Source of the DNA: a virus
Lineage: Duplodnaviria; Caudoviricetes
Direction: 5' to 3' (one strand)
DNA: 64,000 nt
Virus record (IMG/VR): IMGVR_UViG_2974556029_000001
Span: 1-64,000 of that record
The position numbers were made by a program, and so were the translations under genes. The notes beneath the pieces were generated by a model, which was not told the origin of the DNA, did not search any database, and worked only from the letters and a program-made list of their open reading frames with translations. Positions 45,876-55,391 of the stretch are shown piece by piece. Every line of letters starts with the position of its first letter. The first letter of the stretch is position 1.

Positions 45876-47246
45876 CTACTCGGCCGCCTGCCCGTCCTTG
45901 TCCGCCTTGCCCTTCTTCTCGGGCTTCAGCAGGGTCTCGAACGGCTCCTGGCCTTTGACTTCGCCGTCTTCCATGACGAAGCCCACCTTGCCGCTGTTGT
46001 CGACGCGCTCCATCCAGATCTGGAGATTGATCTCCTCGGCCGTCTTGGCCAGCAGGCGGAGCGCGTCTTCGTCCAACTTCTCGCCGCCGCGCACGGTGGC
46101 GACGCGCAGCTTCGGGTTCATGGCGGCCGCGATCTTCAGGGAGGCGACCAGCTGCTGGGCATCGCTGGCCTGCTTGAGCGGCAAGCCGTCCAGAAGGACG
46201 CGGTCTTCGTCCAGGCTCAGGCCGGCGACCGGCAACTTCGCCTCCAGGATCGCCTTCTTGATCTGCTCCTTGCGGCCGTCGATCGCCTTGGTCAGGGCGG
46301 CCGCCTTCTCCTCCTCGGCCTGCGCCTGCTTCTGCAGGTCCTGCTTGCGCTGGGCGGCTTGGTAGGCGGCGTTGGCGGTCTTGGCTTTCAGGATCTCGGC
46401 CTGGACCTCGCCGATGTCGGTCAGCTCGGGCAGGGGCGGAGCTTCGTCCAGGCGCTTCTGCTCTTCGGCCGCCGCAGCATCCAGCTTTTCCGCTTCGGCG
46501 TCGGCCGCCGCGGCTTTCTCGCGCAGATCAGTGGCGAGCTGACGCATCTCCTCGGCCTCGGCCTTCATGCTGGCCACGTCCTCAGCGACCTTGGCCCGCC
46601 GCGCCCGACGTTGCTCGATCTCGGTGTTGTGGCTGCTGGCGTTGGTCAGCTTGGAGATCAGCGCCTCTTCGTCCACAGGCGCGTCCGGCGCGTCCGGCGG
46701 CACCACGATGCCGTTGGCCTGAGCTGCCAGATCCTTGGCGCGCCGGTTGACGTCGGTGCGCTCGTTGAAGTCCACCTTGTTGAGGCGGTCGATCTCGTCA
46801 AAGTCGACGTCCTTGACCAGGGCCCGGACCATCTTCAGCTGCGTCGCGGCATCAGCCTCGGCGAACTCCAGCGGGTCCAGGGTGAGCGTGCCCAGCAGGT
46901 CTTTCATCATGGTCTGCGGGTTGCTGTACCGGGCGCCGTCGCCGTTCTCGACGGTCAGGGTGTGCGTATAGCGGCCCTCATCCTGCATCGTGATGCGCAG
47001 GGTGGCGCGATACTTCACGCCGCTGTCGTCGCCGATGTCGAGCTGACCGACGGCGCGCGTCTCGCCCAGGCGCACGGGCACCTCGGCGAACTCGTCCTTG
47101 CCGCCCAGGATGCACCAGATGGTGCGCAGGACGCTGGTCTTGCCGTTGGCGTTCTTGCCGGTGATCTCGACCAGCTTGCCGTTCGGCTCGATGCGGACGG
47201 CTTTGATCTTGGCCATGTTCTCGGCCTGGAGAGCGAGGATGTGCAT
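45876..47246 (-). CDS. SbcC/Rad50-like AAA ATPase with coiled coil
   Basis: ITGKNANGKTS Walker A; long coiled coil; QASDAQQ signature-like segment. Confidence 0.85.
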   Translation of the reverse strand: MHILALQAENMAKIKAVRIEPNGKLVEITGKNANGKTSVLRTIWCILGGKDEFAEVPVRLGETRAVGQLDIGDDSGVKYRATLRITMQDEGRYTHTLTVENGDGARYSNPQTMMKDLLGTLTLDPLEFAEADAATQLKMVRALVKDVDFDEIDRLNKVDFNERTDVNRRAKDLAAQANGIVVPPDAPDAPVDEEALISKLTNASSHNTEIEQRRARRAKVAEDVASMKAEAEEMRQLATDLREKAAAADAEAEKLDAAAAEEQKRLDEAPPLPELTDIGEVQAEILKAKTANAAYQAAQRKQDLQKQAQAEEEKAAALTKAIDGRKEQIKKAILEAKLPVAGLSLDEDRVLLDGLPLKQASDAQQLVASLKIAAAMNPKLRVATVRGGEKLDEDALRLLAKTAEEINLQIWMERVDNSGKVGFVMEDGEVKGQEPFETLLKPEKKGKADKDGQAAE

Positions 47247-47259
47247 GCGTGTGCTCCTG

Positions 47260-47451
47260 TCAGGGATGCTGGGTTTGGTGGAGGTCCTGCTGGATCTGAG
47301 CCAGCCGGATCATTGCGGTGTCGGTCAGCGCCGCGGTGCCGAGTTCGGCGAACAGGCGATCGGTGCTGAGGAGCCCAAGCGGGCTGTCGGGCGGGAAGCC
47401 GTAAAGGGCCTGCGTAACGATGCGCTCGGCCTCCGTCCTAGTCATGGTCAT
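47260..47451 (-). CDS. Small hypothetical protein
   Basis: TGATG coupling. Confidence 0.5.
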   Translation of the reverse strand: MTMTRTEAERIVTQALYGFPPDSPLGLLSTDRLFAELGTAALTDTAMIRLAQIQQDLHQTQHP

Positions 47452-47777
47452 CAGCGGCCCTCGAGTCGCATTTCTTCGCGGCGCGCGTCAGCGGCCTGGT
47501 CTTCGGCGTAGGCGGCATCGTCGAACACGGACGTCAGCATCTCGGCCTTGAACTCGTCCGACTTTTCCAGGAGCGCGAAGATCCAGCCGTCGGCCTCGCG
47601 CGCCTGGCCATCGTGGACCAGCTGCAGGGTGAGAAGGTCGCAGCTCGGGTCTTCGCCGGGCGACGTGTGCGTCTGCCTGCAACCGGGATAGAAATCGAAG
47701 GTGGCGACGACATCGAACTCGAAGTAGGCGTCCCCCAGACTGATCGACCCGGTCGTCTTGATGGTATGCTTGGACAT
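47451..47777 (-). CDS. Hypothetical protein
   Basis: GGAGGG RBS, 108 aa. Confidence 0.65.
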   Translation of the reverse strand: MSKHTIKTTGSISLGDAYFEFDVVATFDFYPGCRQTHTSPGEDPSCDLLTLQLVHDGQAREADGWIFALLEKSDEFKAEMLTSVFDDAAYAEDQAADARREEMRLEGR

Positions 47778-48284
47778 TCAGCCCTCCTCGGAGCGTGCCT
47801 GGCGCACGGCCTGGACCAGGTCATACTGGGCATCGGCCATGGCGGTGATGTCTTTCCCGAGCTGAGCGGCCAGGGCCTCGATACGGTCGATCTCGTTGGC
47901 GAAGGATCGCCGCTGAGCGCTCTGAGCGGCCTGGGCGCGCAGCAGGGCCTCGGATGCAACCTGCGTCAAGACGTGCAGGGCGCGGCCGGCCTGGCCGACC
48001 GGCTGGCGCAGATGCTCGTCCCGGCGGCGCTTCACGGCCACCGCCTCGGCCCACAGGTCATCGTCCGTCTTGTCGACGTAGATCCCGCGCGGCGGCGGCT
48101 TGGCGATAGCCGACCACAGCGACCCGCTCTCGTAGGTGACGATCTCGTGGATCTGGGCGGCGCGCTGAGCGAGGAGGCCTTCGTAGATCGTGAAGGTCTC
48201 GGGATCCTGATCCTGCCGGCGCGGCGCAATGTCCGCGATCAGCGCTATGTCGGCCGCCCCAGGCGGCGGGGGATTGTCGGTCAC
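47778..48284 (-). CDS. First gene of the leftward early operon, helical, no HTH
   Basis: GTG 48284 with CCCTGACAGGAG RBS. Confidence 0.6.
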   Translation of the reverse strand: MTDNPPPPGAADIALIADIAPRRQDQDPETFTIYEGLLAQRAAQIHEIVTYESGSLWSAIAKPPPRGIYVDKTDDDLWAEAVAVKRRRDEHLRQPVGQAGRALHVLTQVASEALLRAQAAQSAQRRSFANEIDRIEALAAQLGKDITAMADAQYDLVQAVRQARSEEG

Positions 48285-48320
48285 ATCTCGGCTCCTGTCA
48301 GGGAAAGTCGTCTCGTGCTG

Positions 48321-48398
48321 AAAACGATACATACACGACAGTTCTGGCCGATCAACACCAAAAATGGCGTTGACCGAACAAAAATGGCGTCATAGGGT
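48321..48398. promoter_or_regulatory. Divergent early promoter region with tandem direct repeats
   Basis: TTGACC(48370)-N17-TAGGGT(48393) rightward promoter; CAAAAATGGCGT at 48359 and 48379; TTGATC -35-like hexamer on the minus strand. Confidence 0.7.
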
Positions 48399-48428
48399 CT
48401 GCGTCGTTCCATCCCCACGAGGTGCTGT

Positions 48429-48623
48429 ATGTCGCATATCGAGAAGGCGCGCGCCGCCATTAAGGCCGCCGCGTTCGATCTCGGCGTTCCGGAGCTCGCA
48501 AGACGAGCCGGCGTGCCCGAGAATACGGCGCGGCGGCTGATCAAGAAGCCGCCGGCCGCCGTCACCAACCTGATCAGCTTGGAGCGTGAAGCTCTGAAGC
48601 ATGAGGCGGAAACGAAGAAGTGA
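48429..48623 (+). CDS. Cro-like HTH protein
   Basis: GVPELARRAGVPENTARRL HTH; first gene after the promoter. Confidence 0.7.
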   Translation: MSHIEKARAAIKAAAFDLGVPELARRAGVPENTARRLIKKPPAAVTNLISLEREALKHEAETKK

Positions 48624-48955
48624 CCCGCCTGCAAGAAGCCCTGACGCAGCTCCGCGAACACCAAGATCAGCTCGATGCTGATGGGTGCCGGGTGGGCGTC
48701 TCCCGTGAGGCCTTGGACATTGTCCTGTCCTCGTTCAACGAAAACCCGGCGCCCCAGATCACCGAAGAAGGTGTAGCGCGCCGTGTTGCCGGCATGATCG
48801 GCGATGCGGTCGGCTACTTCTGGAACGCTGCCCTGATCCCGACCCATGAGCACGGTGACGCGACGGCCAACGCTGTTATGTCCGGCATGGTGAGCGGCAT
48901 GGCGGCGATCGCGTCGAACCTGGAGCGCCACTCCAAGGAGCAGCCCCATGTCTGA
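48620..48955 (+). CDS. Hypothetical protein
   Basis: GTGA overlap, operon context. Confidence 0.55.
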   Translation: MTRLQEALTQLREHQDQLDADGCRVGVSREALDIVLSSFNENPAPQITEEGVARRVAGMIGDAVGYFWNAALIPTHEHGDATANAVMSGMVSGMAAIASNLERHSKEQPHV

Positions 48956-49568
48956 AGCCCCGCAGCGTTTTCCGCTGGCCTGGCCGACGCACAAGCCGCG
49001 CACCAAGAACCGCCAGGCCGGCAAGTTCCGCTACAAGGACGGCCGTGGCTGGATGGTCGATCTGACCACGGCCATGGCGATGGAGCGCCTCGATAGGGAG
49101 ATCAACCTGCTCGGCGCCCAGCTGCCCATCCTCTCGTCGAACATCGAGCTGAAGATGGACGGACGTCCCCGATCGGGAACAGATCCTGCTGACCCCGGCG
49201 TGGCGCTGTACTTCCAGCTGAAGGGCAAGCCCCACACCATGGCGTGCGACACCTACAACAACGTGGCGCAGAACATCGCCGCGCTGGCGGCGCACATCGA
49301 AAGCACTCGAGCCATCGAACGCTACGGTGTTGCGACGGCGGCGGAAGTGCTGCAGGCCTTCACCGCCTTGCCGCCGCCGATCAACATGCCCGCGCCGTCC
49401 CGCCCATGGTGGGAGGTGTTCGGCGTGATCCGGACCCAGGTCGGCCCGGACGACATCCAGGCCCTCTACCGAGCCAAGGCCAAGCAGGCCGCCGGCGACG
49501 AAGAGCGCCTGAAAGAACTCAACCTGGCCAAGGACGATGCCCTGGCCCAACTCAAGACGGAGGCCTGA
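48948..49568 (+). CDS. Phage J-domain-like protein lacking HPD
   Basis: FPLAWP...DPGVALYF...MACDTY...IERYG N-domain; WWEVFGV...[11 protein letters not shown]...LNLA J-like C-terminus. Confidence 0.75.
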   Translation: MSEAPQRFPLAWPTHKPRTKNRQAGKFRYKDGRGWMVDLTTAMAMERLDREINLLGAQLPILSSNIELKMDGRPRSGTDPADPGVALYFQLKGKPHTMACDTYNNVAQNIAALAAHIESTRAIERYGVATAAEVLQAFTALPPPINMPAPSRPWWEVFGVIRTQVGPDDIQALYRAKAKQAAGDEERLKELNLAKDDALAQLKTEA

Positions 49569-50065
49569 TGGCCGGCTCCCTGAACAAAGTCATGCTGATC
49601 GGCAACCTCGGCGCCGATCCCGAGATCCGCTCCCTCAACAGCGGCGACCGTGTCGCGAACTTGCGCATCGCCACCTCGGAAAGCTGGCGAGACCGCCAGT
49701 CTGGCGAGCGCAAGGAAAAGACCGAGTGGCACCGCGTCGTCATCTTCAACGAGCACCTGGTCAAGGTGGCCGACGAGTACCTGCGCAAGGGGGCGACGGT
49801 CTATGTCGAAGGCCAGCTGCAGACCCGCAAGTGGCAGGACAACCAGGGCCGCGACTGCTACTCGACCGAGATCGTCCTACAGAAGTTCGGCGGCGTCCTG
49901 ACGATGCTGGGCGGCAAGCGCGACGGCGATGACCGTGGCGGCGGCGGGCGCGATAGCTACGACCGCGGCTACGGCGGCGGTGGCGGCGACTTCCGCCAGG
50001 ACTCGAGAGGCAACCAGCAGCGCGAAAGCTTCTCGGCGGACCTCGACGACGAGATACCGTTCTGA
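49568..50065 (+). CDS. ssb: Single-stranded DNA-binding protein
   Basis: [19 protein letters not shown]...EKTEWHRV; C-terminal DLDDEIPF. Confidence 0.97.
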   Translation: MAGSLNKVMLIGNLGADPEIRSLNSGDRVANLRIATSESWRDRQSGERKEKTEWHRVVIFNEHLVKVADEYLRKGATVYVEGQLQTRKWQDNQGRDCYSTEIVLQKFGGVLTMLGGKRDGDDRGGGGRDSYDRGYGGGGGDFRQDSRGNQQRESFSADLDDEIPF

Positions 50066-50156
50066 TCTTCTCCGCGTCCCCCGAACCAGTTCCCTATCCA
50101 GGGTAGCCGACCGCGCCGACCGGCCCCACAGCGGCGCAACATGAAAGGAGAGGCTT

Positions 50157-51146
50157 ATGAGCCTGCCCAATAGCCAGTCGCCCGATGGCGACTCTTACCT
50201 GAAGCATCTGGCGATCGCCCTGCGCGACAACGCCGAACTCGATCGCGTGAAGGCCAAGCGAAAGGCCAATCGTGAGCGGGCCAAGAAGGCCGGCGTCGAC
50301 CTGAAGGACATGGATCAGGACATCAAGATGTCCAGCTGGTCGCCGTCCGAGGTCGCCCAATACTTCGCCCGCAAGATCACCTACCTGGCCTACCGAGGCG
50401 TCCAGATCGGCAAGCAGTTCGACCTGTTCTCGGGCATCAATCCGACGGTCAACTCGAGCACCGACTTCTACCCGTCGGGCATGTTCGCCGCCATGAACAA
50501 CCTGCCCCCGCGCCCGCCGTCCAACCTGTCTCAGAACGACAGCCAGCGCTGGATGGAAGGCTGGAACGCCGGCAACGTCTTCGCGTCTCAGGCCGCTGAA
50601 GAAGAAGAGCTCGCTGCGGCGGCCGTGCGCGCCATGCAGAATGACGGCGAGGGCGGCGACGACGATGAAGATCGCGACGACACCGATGGCGGCAATGAAG
50701 GCGCCGGCGGCCAACTCGCGGCTGACGAAGAAGCCGAGACCCTGTTCCTGGTCCTGGGCGATTTCGCCAACGCCGAGTCGCTGGACGACTGCACGATCGA
50801 AAACTACTCGGGCCCGCCGGCGGATCTCGACGCGGCCGACAAGATCATCGTCGAGCACGATGGCGAGTCGAAGGTCCTGAAGGGCGGCGACGAAGCCCCG
50901 GCCCCGGTCGCCGAAGCCGAGCCGCCGCAAGAAGCCTCGCCTGAGAACCCGGCCGTGCTGTCGAAGGGCGGCGCCGAAGAGTTCGTCGAGACGCCGGTCG
51001 AGGAACTGCGCCAGCAGGCCGGTCGCAAGACCAGCACGGCCCTGAGCCAGTCGGCCAAGGCGGAGAGCATCCGCGCCGAGGTGGAGAAGTCCATCAAGCC
51101 GAAGAAGCCCAGGACGGCCAAGTCGAAGGACACCGGCCCCCTGTAG
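50157..51146 (+). CDS. Hypothetical protein: GapR-like N-terminus, RMF-like motif, acidic tail
   Basis: AKKAGVDLKDMDQDIKM; GMFAAMNN...WMEGWNAG. Confidence 0.6.
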   Translation: MSLPNSQSPDGDSYLKHLAIALRDNAELDRVKAKRKANRERAKKAGVDLKDMDQDIKMSSWSPSEVAQYFARKITYLAYRGVQIGKQFDLFSGINPTVNSSTDFYPSGMFAAMNNLPPRPPSNLSQNDSQRWMEGWNAGNVFASQAAEEEELAAAAVRAMQNDGEGGDDDEDRDDTDGGNEGAGGQLAADEEAETLFLVLGDFANAESLDDCTIENYSGPPADLDAADKIIVEHDGESKVLKGGDEAPAPVAEAEPPQEASPENPAVLSKGGAEEFVETPVEELRQQAGRKTSTALSQSAKAESIRAEVEKSIKPKKPRTAKSKDTGPL

Positions 51147-51203
51147 TGACCTGGTGCGCCGTGGCGGTGTCGCGGCGCACCACATTCCCCTGACGAGGAA
51201 ACC

Positions 51204-51755
51204 ATGACCAAGCTGATCACCCTGGACCTGGGCGGAAACCTGGGCGTCACGATCGGGCCGCTGTCAGCCGAGGCGCGCGCGGCCCAAGTCAAGTGCTTCA
51301 CCATCAAGCTGAAGGAGACCACGCGCGTCGGGGTCTGGCTGAACTCGGCGACCGAAGAGCTTCATCGGCTGGTCCGGGAGAACCCTGGCGCGACCTGGGC
51401 CTGCGAGAAGCCCGACACGCGCGGCCTCATGTACTTCGGGATCCGCAAGAACATGTGCCTGCTGGGCCACGTCTACAGCGTCCTGGCCGTCTACGGGATC
51501 TACGAGATGCAGGAGGTGACCGTGCCTCAGGCGAAGTTGCGTCTGGCCGGCCACGGCCGCGCTGACAAGGACCAGATGATCGCCGCTGCCCAGGCCAAGG
51601 GCTACTCGGCCAAGAACGAGCACGAGGCGGACGCCTGCGGGATCCGCGAGGTGGTCATCTTCGGTCCGGAGGAGACCAAGGCGCAGAAGGCCAAGCGCGC
51701 CGCTGCGGCTAAGCGGAAGGTCAAGGAACAGGCGAAGGGCCCCAAGCTGCTGTGA
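51204..51755 (+). CDS. RuvC-like Holliday junction resolvase
   Basis: LITLDLG...ACEKP...AKLRLAGHGRADKDQM...NEHEADAC. Confidence 0.85.
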   Translation: MTKLITLDLGGNLGVTIGPLSAEARAAQVKCFTIKLKETTRVGVWLNSATEELHRLVRENPGATWACEKPDTRGLMYFGIRKNMCLLGHVYSVLAVYGIYEMQEVTVPQAKLRLAGHGRADKDQMIAAAQAKGYSAKNEHEADACGIREVVIFGPEETKAQKAKRAAAAKRKVKEQAKGPKLL

Positions 51756-52384
51756 GCAAGACCAACAACCGGCGCGGCGCGGCCGCCGTCACCTATCCGA
51801 TCGATCGTCTCCACTGGTACGTCGAGAGCGGCGACAACACCCGCGGCCTTCTCGACGTCGAGAAATTCGAAGGCGGGATCTGGGATCCATGCTGCGGCAT
51901 GGGGAACATCGTCAGGGCGGCGATCGGCGAGGGCTACACCACGTCAATCGGCACCGACCTGAAGCGCCGAGTTCCGCGCCGCACCCCATGGTTCGGCGGC
52001 ACCCACGATTTTCTTCGCACTAGGTGGGGCCGAGCCCCGCGCAAGAACATCGTGATGAACCCGCCGTTCTTCGGGGCCAAGGGGACCGAGGAGTTCATCC
52101 GCGCCGCCCTGGCCCTGGAGGGGGTCGAGAAGGTCTGCGTCTTCGCGAACCTCGGCTTCCTGGCCAGCAACGGTCGGTGGGAGGGTCTCTACATGGACCA
52201 TCTCCCGAACCGGGCCTACGTCATTGCCCCGCGCCCGTCGTGCCCGCCTGGCTACCACATCTGGGCCGGCGGCGACGTAGGCGGCGGCACCGCCGACTGG
52301 ATCTGGCTGGTCTACGATCTGACCGCGCCGCGTCCGACACACATCGACATGGGCCGCGTCAAGCCGCGCGCCCGCCAACCCTGA
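51752..52384 (+). CDS. Amino-(N6A/N4C) DNA methyltransferase-like protein
   Basis: IWDPCCGMGNI SAM motif; IVMNPPF catalytic motif. Confidence 0.8.
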   Translation: MSKTNNRRGAAAVTYPIDRLHWYVESGDNTRGLLDVEKFEGGIWDPCCGMGNIVRAAIGEGYTTSIGTDLKRRVPRRTPWFGGTHDFLRTRWGRAPRKNIVMNPPFFGAKGTEEFIRAALALEGVEKVCVFANLGFLASNGRWEGLYMDHLPNRAYVIAPRPSCPPGYHIWAGGDVGGGTADWIWLVYDLTAPRPTHIDMGRVKPRARQP

Positions 52385-52396
52385 CAGGAGAACCGC

Positions 52397-54574
52397 ATGA
52401 AGCTTCGTCCCACCAAGGTCGCATCGACGCCCGTCCGCGATCCCAAGATCATCGTCCACCCGACGCGGCGCATCGCTGTCGACCTGTTCGCCGGCGGGGG
52501 CGGCGCGTCCGAAGGCTTCAAGATGGCGACCGGGCGAGACCCGGACGTGGCCGTGAACCACAATCCGATCGCGATCGGGATGCACAAGGCCAACCACCCG
52601 AATTGCCGCCACTTCATTGAGGACGTGCGCAAGGTCGACCCCATCGACGCCTGCAGCTTCGACGCCATGCTGTGCGCTGTCGACAGCTTGTGGCTCAGCC
52701 CCGACTGCACCCACTTCAGCAAGGCGCGCGGCGGCAAGCCTGTCGAGAAGGGCATCCGCTCTCTGGCCGAGGTGCTGATCGACTGGCTCGACGCCCTGGC
52801 GCCCTACGACTGCCACCCGCGCCTGATCCTTCTGGAGAACGTGGAAGAGTTCAAGGACTGGGGCCCGGTCCTGGAGAACGGCAAGCCCTGCCCTGAGAAC
52901 AAGGGCATCGACTTCCGCCGCTTCGTGAAGAACATCGAGCGCCACGGCTACAAGGTCGAATGGCGCGAGCTGATCGCCGCCCAAGCCGGCGCTCCAACGA
53001 CCCGCAAGCGCCTCTACCTGATGGCGCGCCGCGATGGTCAGCGCATCCGCTGGCCGGCCGCTCGCTTCCACTCGGCCAAGGACCTGCGCGAAATGCCGCT
53101 GCTGGACCTGACTCTGTGGCGCTCTGCCGCCAGCATCATCGACTGGGGCGTCGAGATCCCGTCGATCTTCAGCCGCAAGCGGCCGTTGAAGCCCAAGACG
53201 CTGCGCCGCATCGCCCGGGGCGTGGATCGGTTCGTGGTCAACTCCGGCAATCCCTTCATCGTCCCGGTCACCCACACCAGCGACAAGTCCGGAAACGCGG
53301 CCATGCCGTCCACCGAGCCGCTGCGCACGGCGACCGCTGCCAAGGGCGGAGAGTTCGCCCTGGCCGCGCCGACGATCGTCCCGCTGACCCACGATGGCGG
53401 CGAGAGCAGGGTCTACGATCCGCTCGACCCGATGCGGTCCGTGACCGGCGCGAACCGCGGCGAGATGGGCCTGGCCGTTCCGACCCTCATCCCGCGCTAC
53501 GGCGAGCGTGAAGGGCAGGAGCCTCGAGTCCTTTCCGCCGATGGGCCGTACCCGACCCCCGTTCCGGGCGGCAACGGCGGCGACCTGGCCGCGACCTTCC
53601 TGCAGAAGATGGCTGAGAACGGTATCGGCACGCCGATCACTGGGCCGCTGGACACGGCGATGGCCGGCGCGACGAAGCACTACCAGGTCGCCGCGCACCT
53701 GGCGCGCGAGTTCGGCACCGGCGTTGGAAGCGATCCATCTAACCCGGCGCCGACGGTCATGCCCGATGGCGGCGGCAAGACCAAGGTCGTCGCCAGCCAC
53801 CTGACGCGCATGGCGAAGGGCCAGGTCGGAAGCGATGCGACCGAACCGGTGAAGACCGGCACGAGCCATGCCAAGGACGGCATCGTCGCGGCGTCCATGC
53901 TCCAGCACAACGGCGACCGCGTCGGGCGTCCGGCTGACGAACCGGTCACCGCGCTGACAGAGCGCAGCACCCAGCAGCAGCTGATGGCCGTGAGCCTGGA
54001 CAGCTACTATCGCACCAGCGCTCCGGCGAGCCCTACCGACCCGACCAAGACGATCACCGAACGCGATCGGATCTGCGTCCAGGCCGCCTACATGGAGCAG
54101 GCCAACACGGGCATGGTCGGCCACGACATGCGTTCGCCGGTCAGCACCATCATGGGCAAGGGCTGCACCCAGCGCCTGGTCGAGATGGGCCTCATGCCTG
54201 TCGATAGCCCGGAAACCTCGACCCGCGCCCACGTCCTGGACCTGCTCTGGAACGAGTTCGGCGCGCCGACGGAAGAGGAATGGGCTGACCCGACGGCCAC
54301 GTCTCAGAGCCGCCTGCGCTTCGGGCTGGTGATCTTGGACGGCGCGGTCTGGATGATCGTCGACATCGGCATGCGTATGCTTACGCCGCGCGAACTGTTC
54401 TCGGCCCAGGGCTTCCGCCGCGACTACATCATCGACCGCACCGACGAGGGCAAACCCATCACTAAGACCGCCCAGACCGCCGCCGCGGGCAACAGCGTCT
54501 GCCCGCCTATGGCGGAGGACCTGTACCGCGAGAACCTGACCTGGCTGGAACTGCCGGCACGGATGGCCGCGTAG
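52397..54574 (+). CDS. dcm: C5-cytosine DNA methyltransferase with a repeat-expanded variable region
   Basis: DLFAGGGG, SPDCTHFS, ENVEEF, RKRL, RMLTPREL, GNSVCP motifs. Confidence 0.93.
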   Translation: MKLRPTKVASTPVRDPKIIVHPTRRIAVDLFAGGGGASEGFKMATGRDPDVAVNHNPIAIGMHKANHPNCRHFIEDVRKVDPIDACSFDAMLCAVDSLWLSPDCTHFSKARGGKPVEKGIRSLAEVLIDWLDALAPYDCHPRLILLENVEEFKDWGPVLENGKPCPENKGIDFRRFVKNIERHGYKVEWRELIAAQAGAPTTRKRLYLMARRDGQRIRWPAARFHSAKDLREMPLLDLTLWRSAASIIDWGVEIPSIFSRKRPLKPKTLRRIARGVDRFVVNSGNPFIVPVTHTSDKSGNAAMPSTEPLRTATAAKGGEFALAAPTIVPLTHDGGESRVYDPLDPMRSVTGANRGEMGLAVPTLIPRYGEREGQEPRVLSADGPYPTPVPGGNGGDLAATFLQKMAENGIGTPITGPLDTAMAGATKHYQVAAHLAREFGTGVGSDPSNPAPTVMPDGGGKTKVVASHLTRMAKGQVGSDATEPVKTGTSHAKDGIVAASMLQHNGDRVGRPADEPVTALTERSTQQQLMAVSLDSYYRTSAPASPTDPTKTITERDRICVQAAYMEQANTGMVGHDMRSPVSTIMGKGCTQRLVEMGLMPVDSPETSTRAHVLDLLWNEFGAPTEEEWADPTATSQSRLRFGLVILDGAVWMIVDIGMRMLTPRELFSAQGFRRDYIIDRTDEGKPITKTAQTAAAGNSVCPPMAEDLYRENLTWLELPARMAA

Positions 54575-54587
54575 AACGGAGGAGACG

Positions 54588-55391
54588 ATGGTCGCCAAGA
54601 ACAAGGAGGGCCGGAGCACGGTCCTCGACCAGTACCGCCCGGCGCACGCCCTGCTCACCGTCCAGACGGCCAAGACCGTCAAGGGCGAGGATCTGGGCTA
54701 CGCCTCGGCGATCATGTACCTGCAGCCGCACACCTTGGTCTCGGAGAAGAGCCTGTGCCCTCATAGCAGTCCGGCCTGCCGGGCGGCCTGTCTCGCCGGC
54801 GCGGGGATGAACGATCTTCCCCGCCAGGTAAACGCCAGGACGGAGCGGACCCGGCTCTTCGTCGAGGACCGCGACGCCTTCATGGGCAAGCTGACGACGC
54901 AGATCCTGGACCTGATGGCGGTCTCTACCCAGGCCGGAAAGAGCCTGGCCGTCCGCCTCAACGGCACGTCCGACATCCTGTGGGAGCGGATCCAGACGCC
55001 GATGGGCCTGAACATCTTCGACCTGTTCGGGAACGTCCGCTTCTACGACTACACCAAGATCCCGATCCACAAGCGCGATGTGCCGGCGAACGTGCACCTA
55101 ACCTTCTCGCTTGACGAGGAGAACTTCGATCAGGCCGTGGCCTACCTTCGCGCCGGCCAGAGCGTCGCCGCCGTCGTGCCGGCCGAAGAGAAGCTGGAAG
55201 ACGGCGCGTGGTTCGCGCTGGGCGACCAGCAGGTCAACGTGGTCGACGGCGACCTTCACGATCTGCGCTTCCTGGATCCGCCGGGTAGCCTGGTGATGCT
55301 GAAGCCCAAGGGCAACCACATCGCCGGCACCGAACTGATCCAGCGCGGCCTGGTTCGCCGTCTGATCATGGCGGGGAGGAGCGCGGCATGA
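54588..55391 (+). CDS. GP88-like protein, putative Fe-S
   Basis: LCPHSSPACRAACL Cys triad; AVRLNGTSDI; FYDYTK; HLTFS. Confidence 0.7.
   Translation: MVAKNKEGRSTVLDQYRPAHALLTVQTAKTVKGEDLGYASAIMYLQPHTLVSEKSLCPHSSPACRAACLAGAGMNDLPRQVNARTERTRLFVEDRDAFMGKLTTQILDLMAVSTQAGKSLAVRLNGTSDILWERIQTPMGLNIFDLFGNVRFYDYTKIPIHKRDVPANVHLTFSLDEENFDQAVAYLRAGQSVAAVVPAEEKLEDGAWFALGDQQVNVVDGDLHDLRFLDPPGSLVMLKPKGNHIAGTELIQRGLVRRLIMAGRSAA

Noticed and set aside
51944-54682. 912 aa minus-strand ORF
   Set aside because: Antisense shadow of the MTase genes
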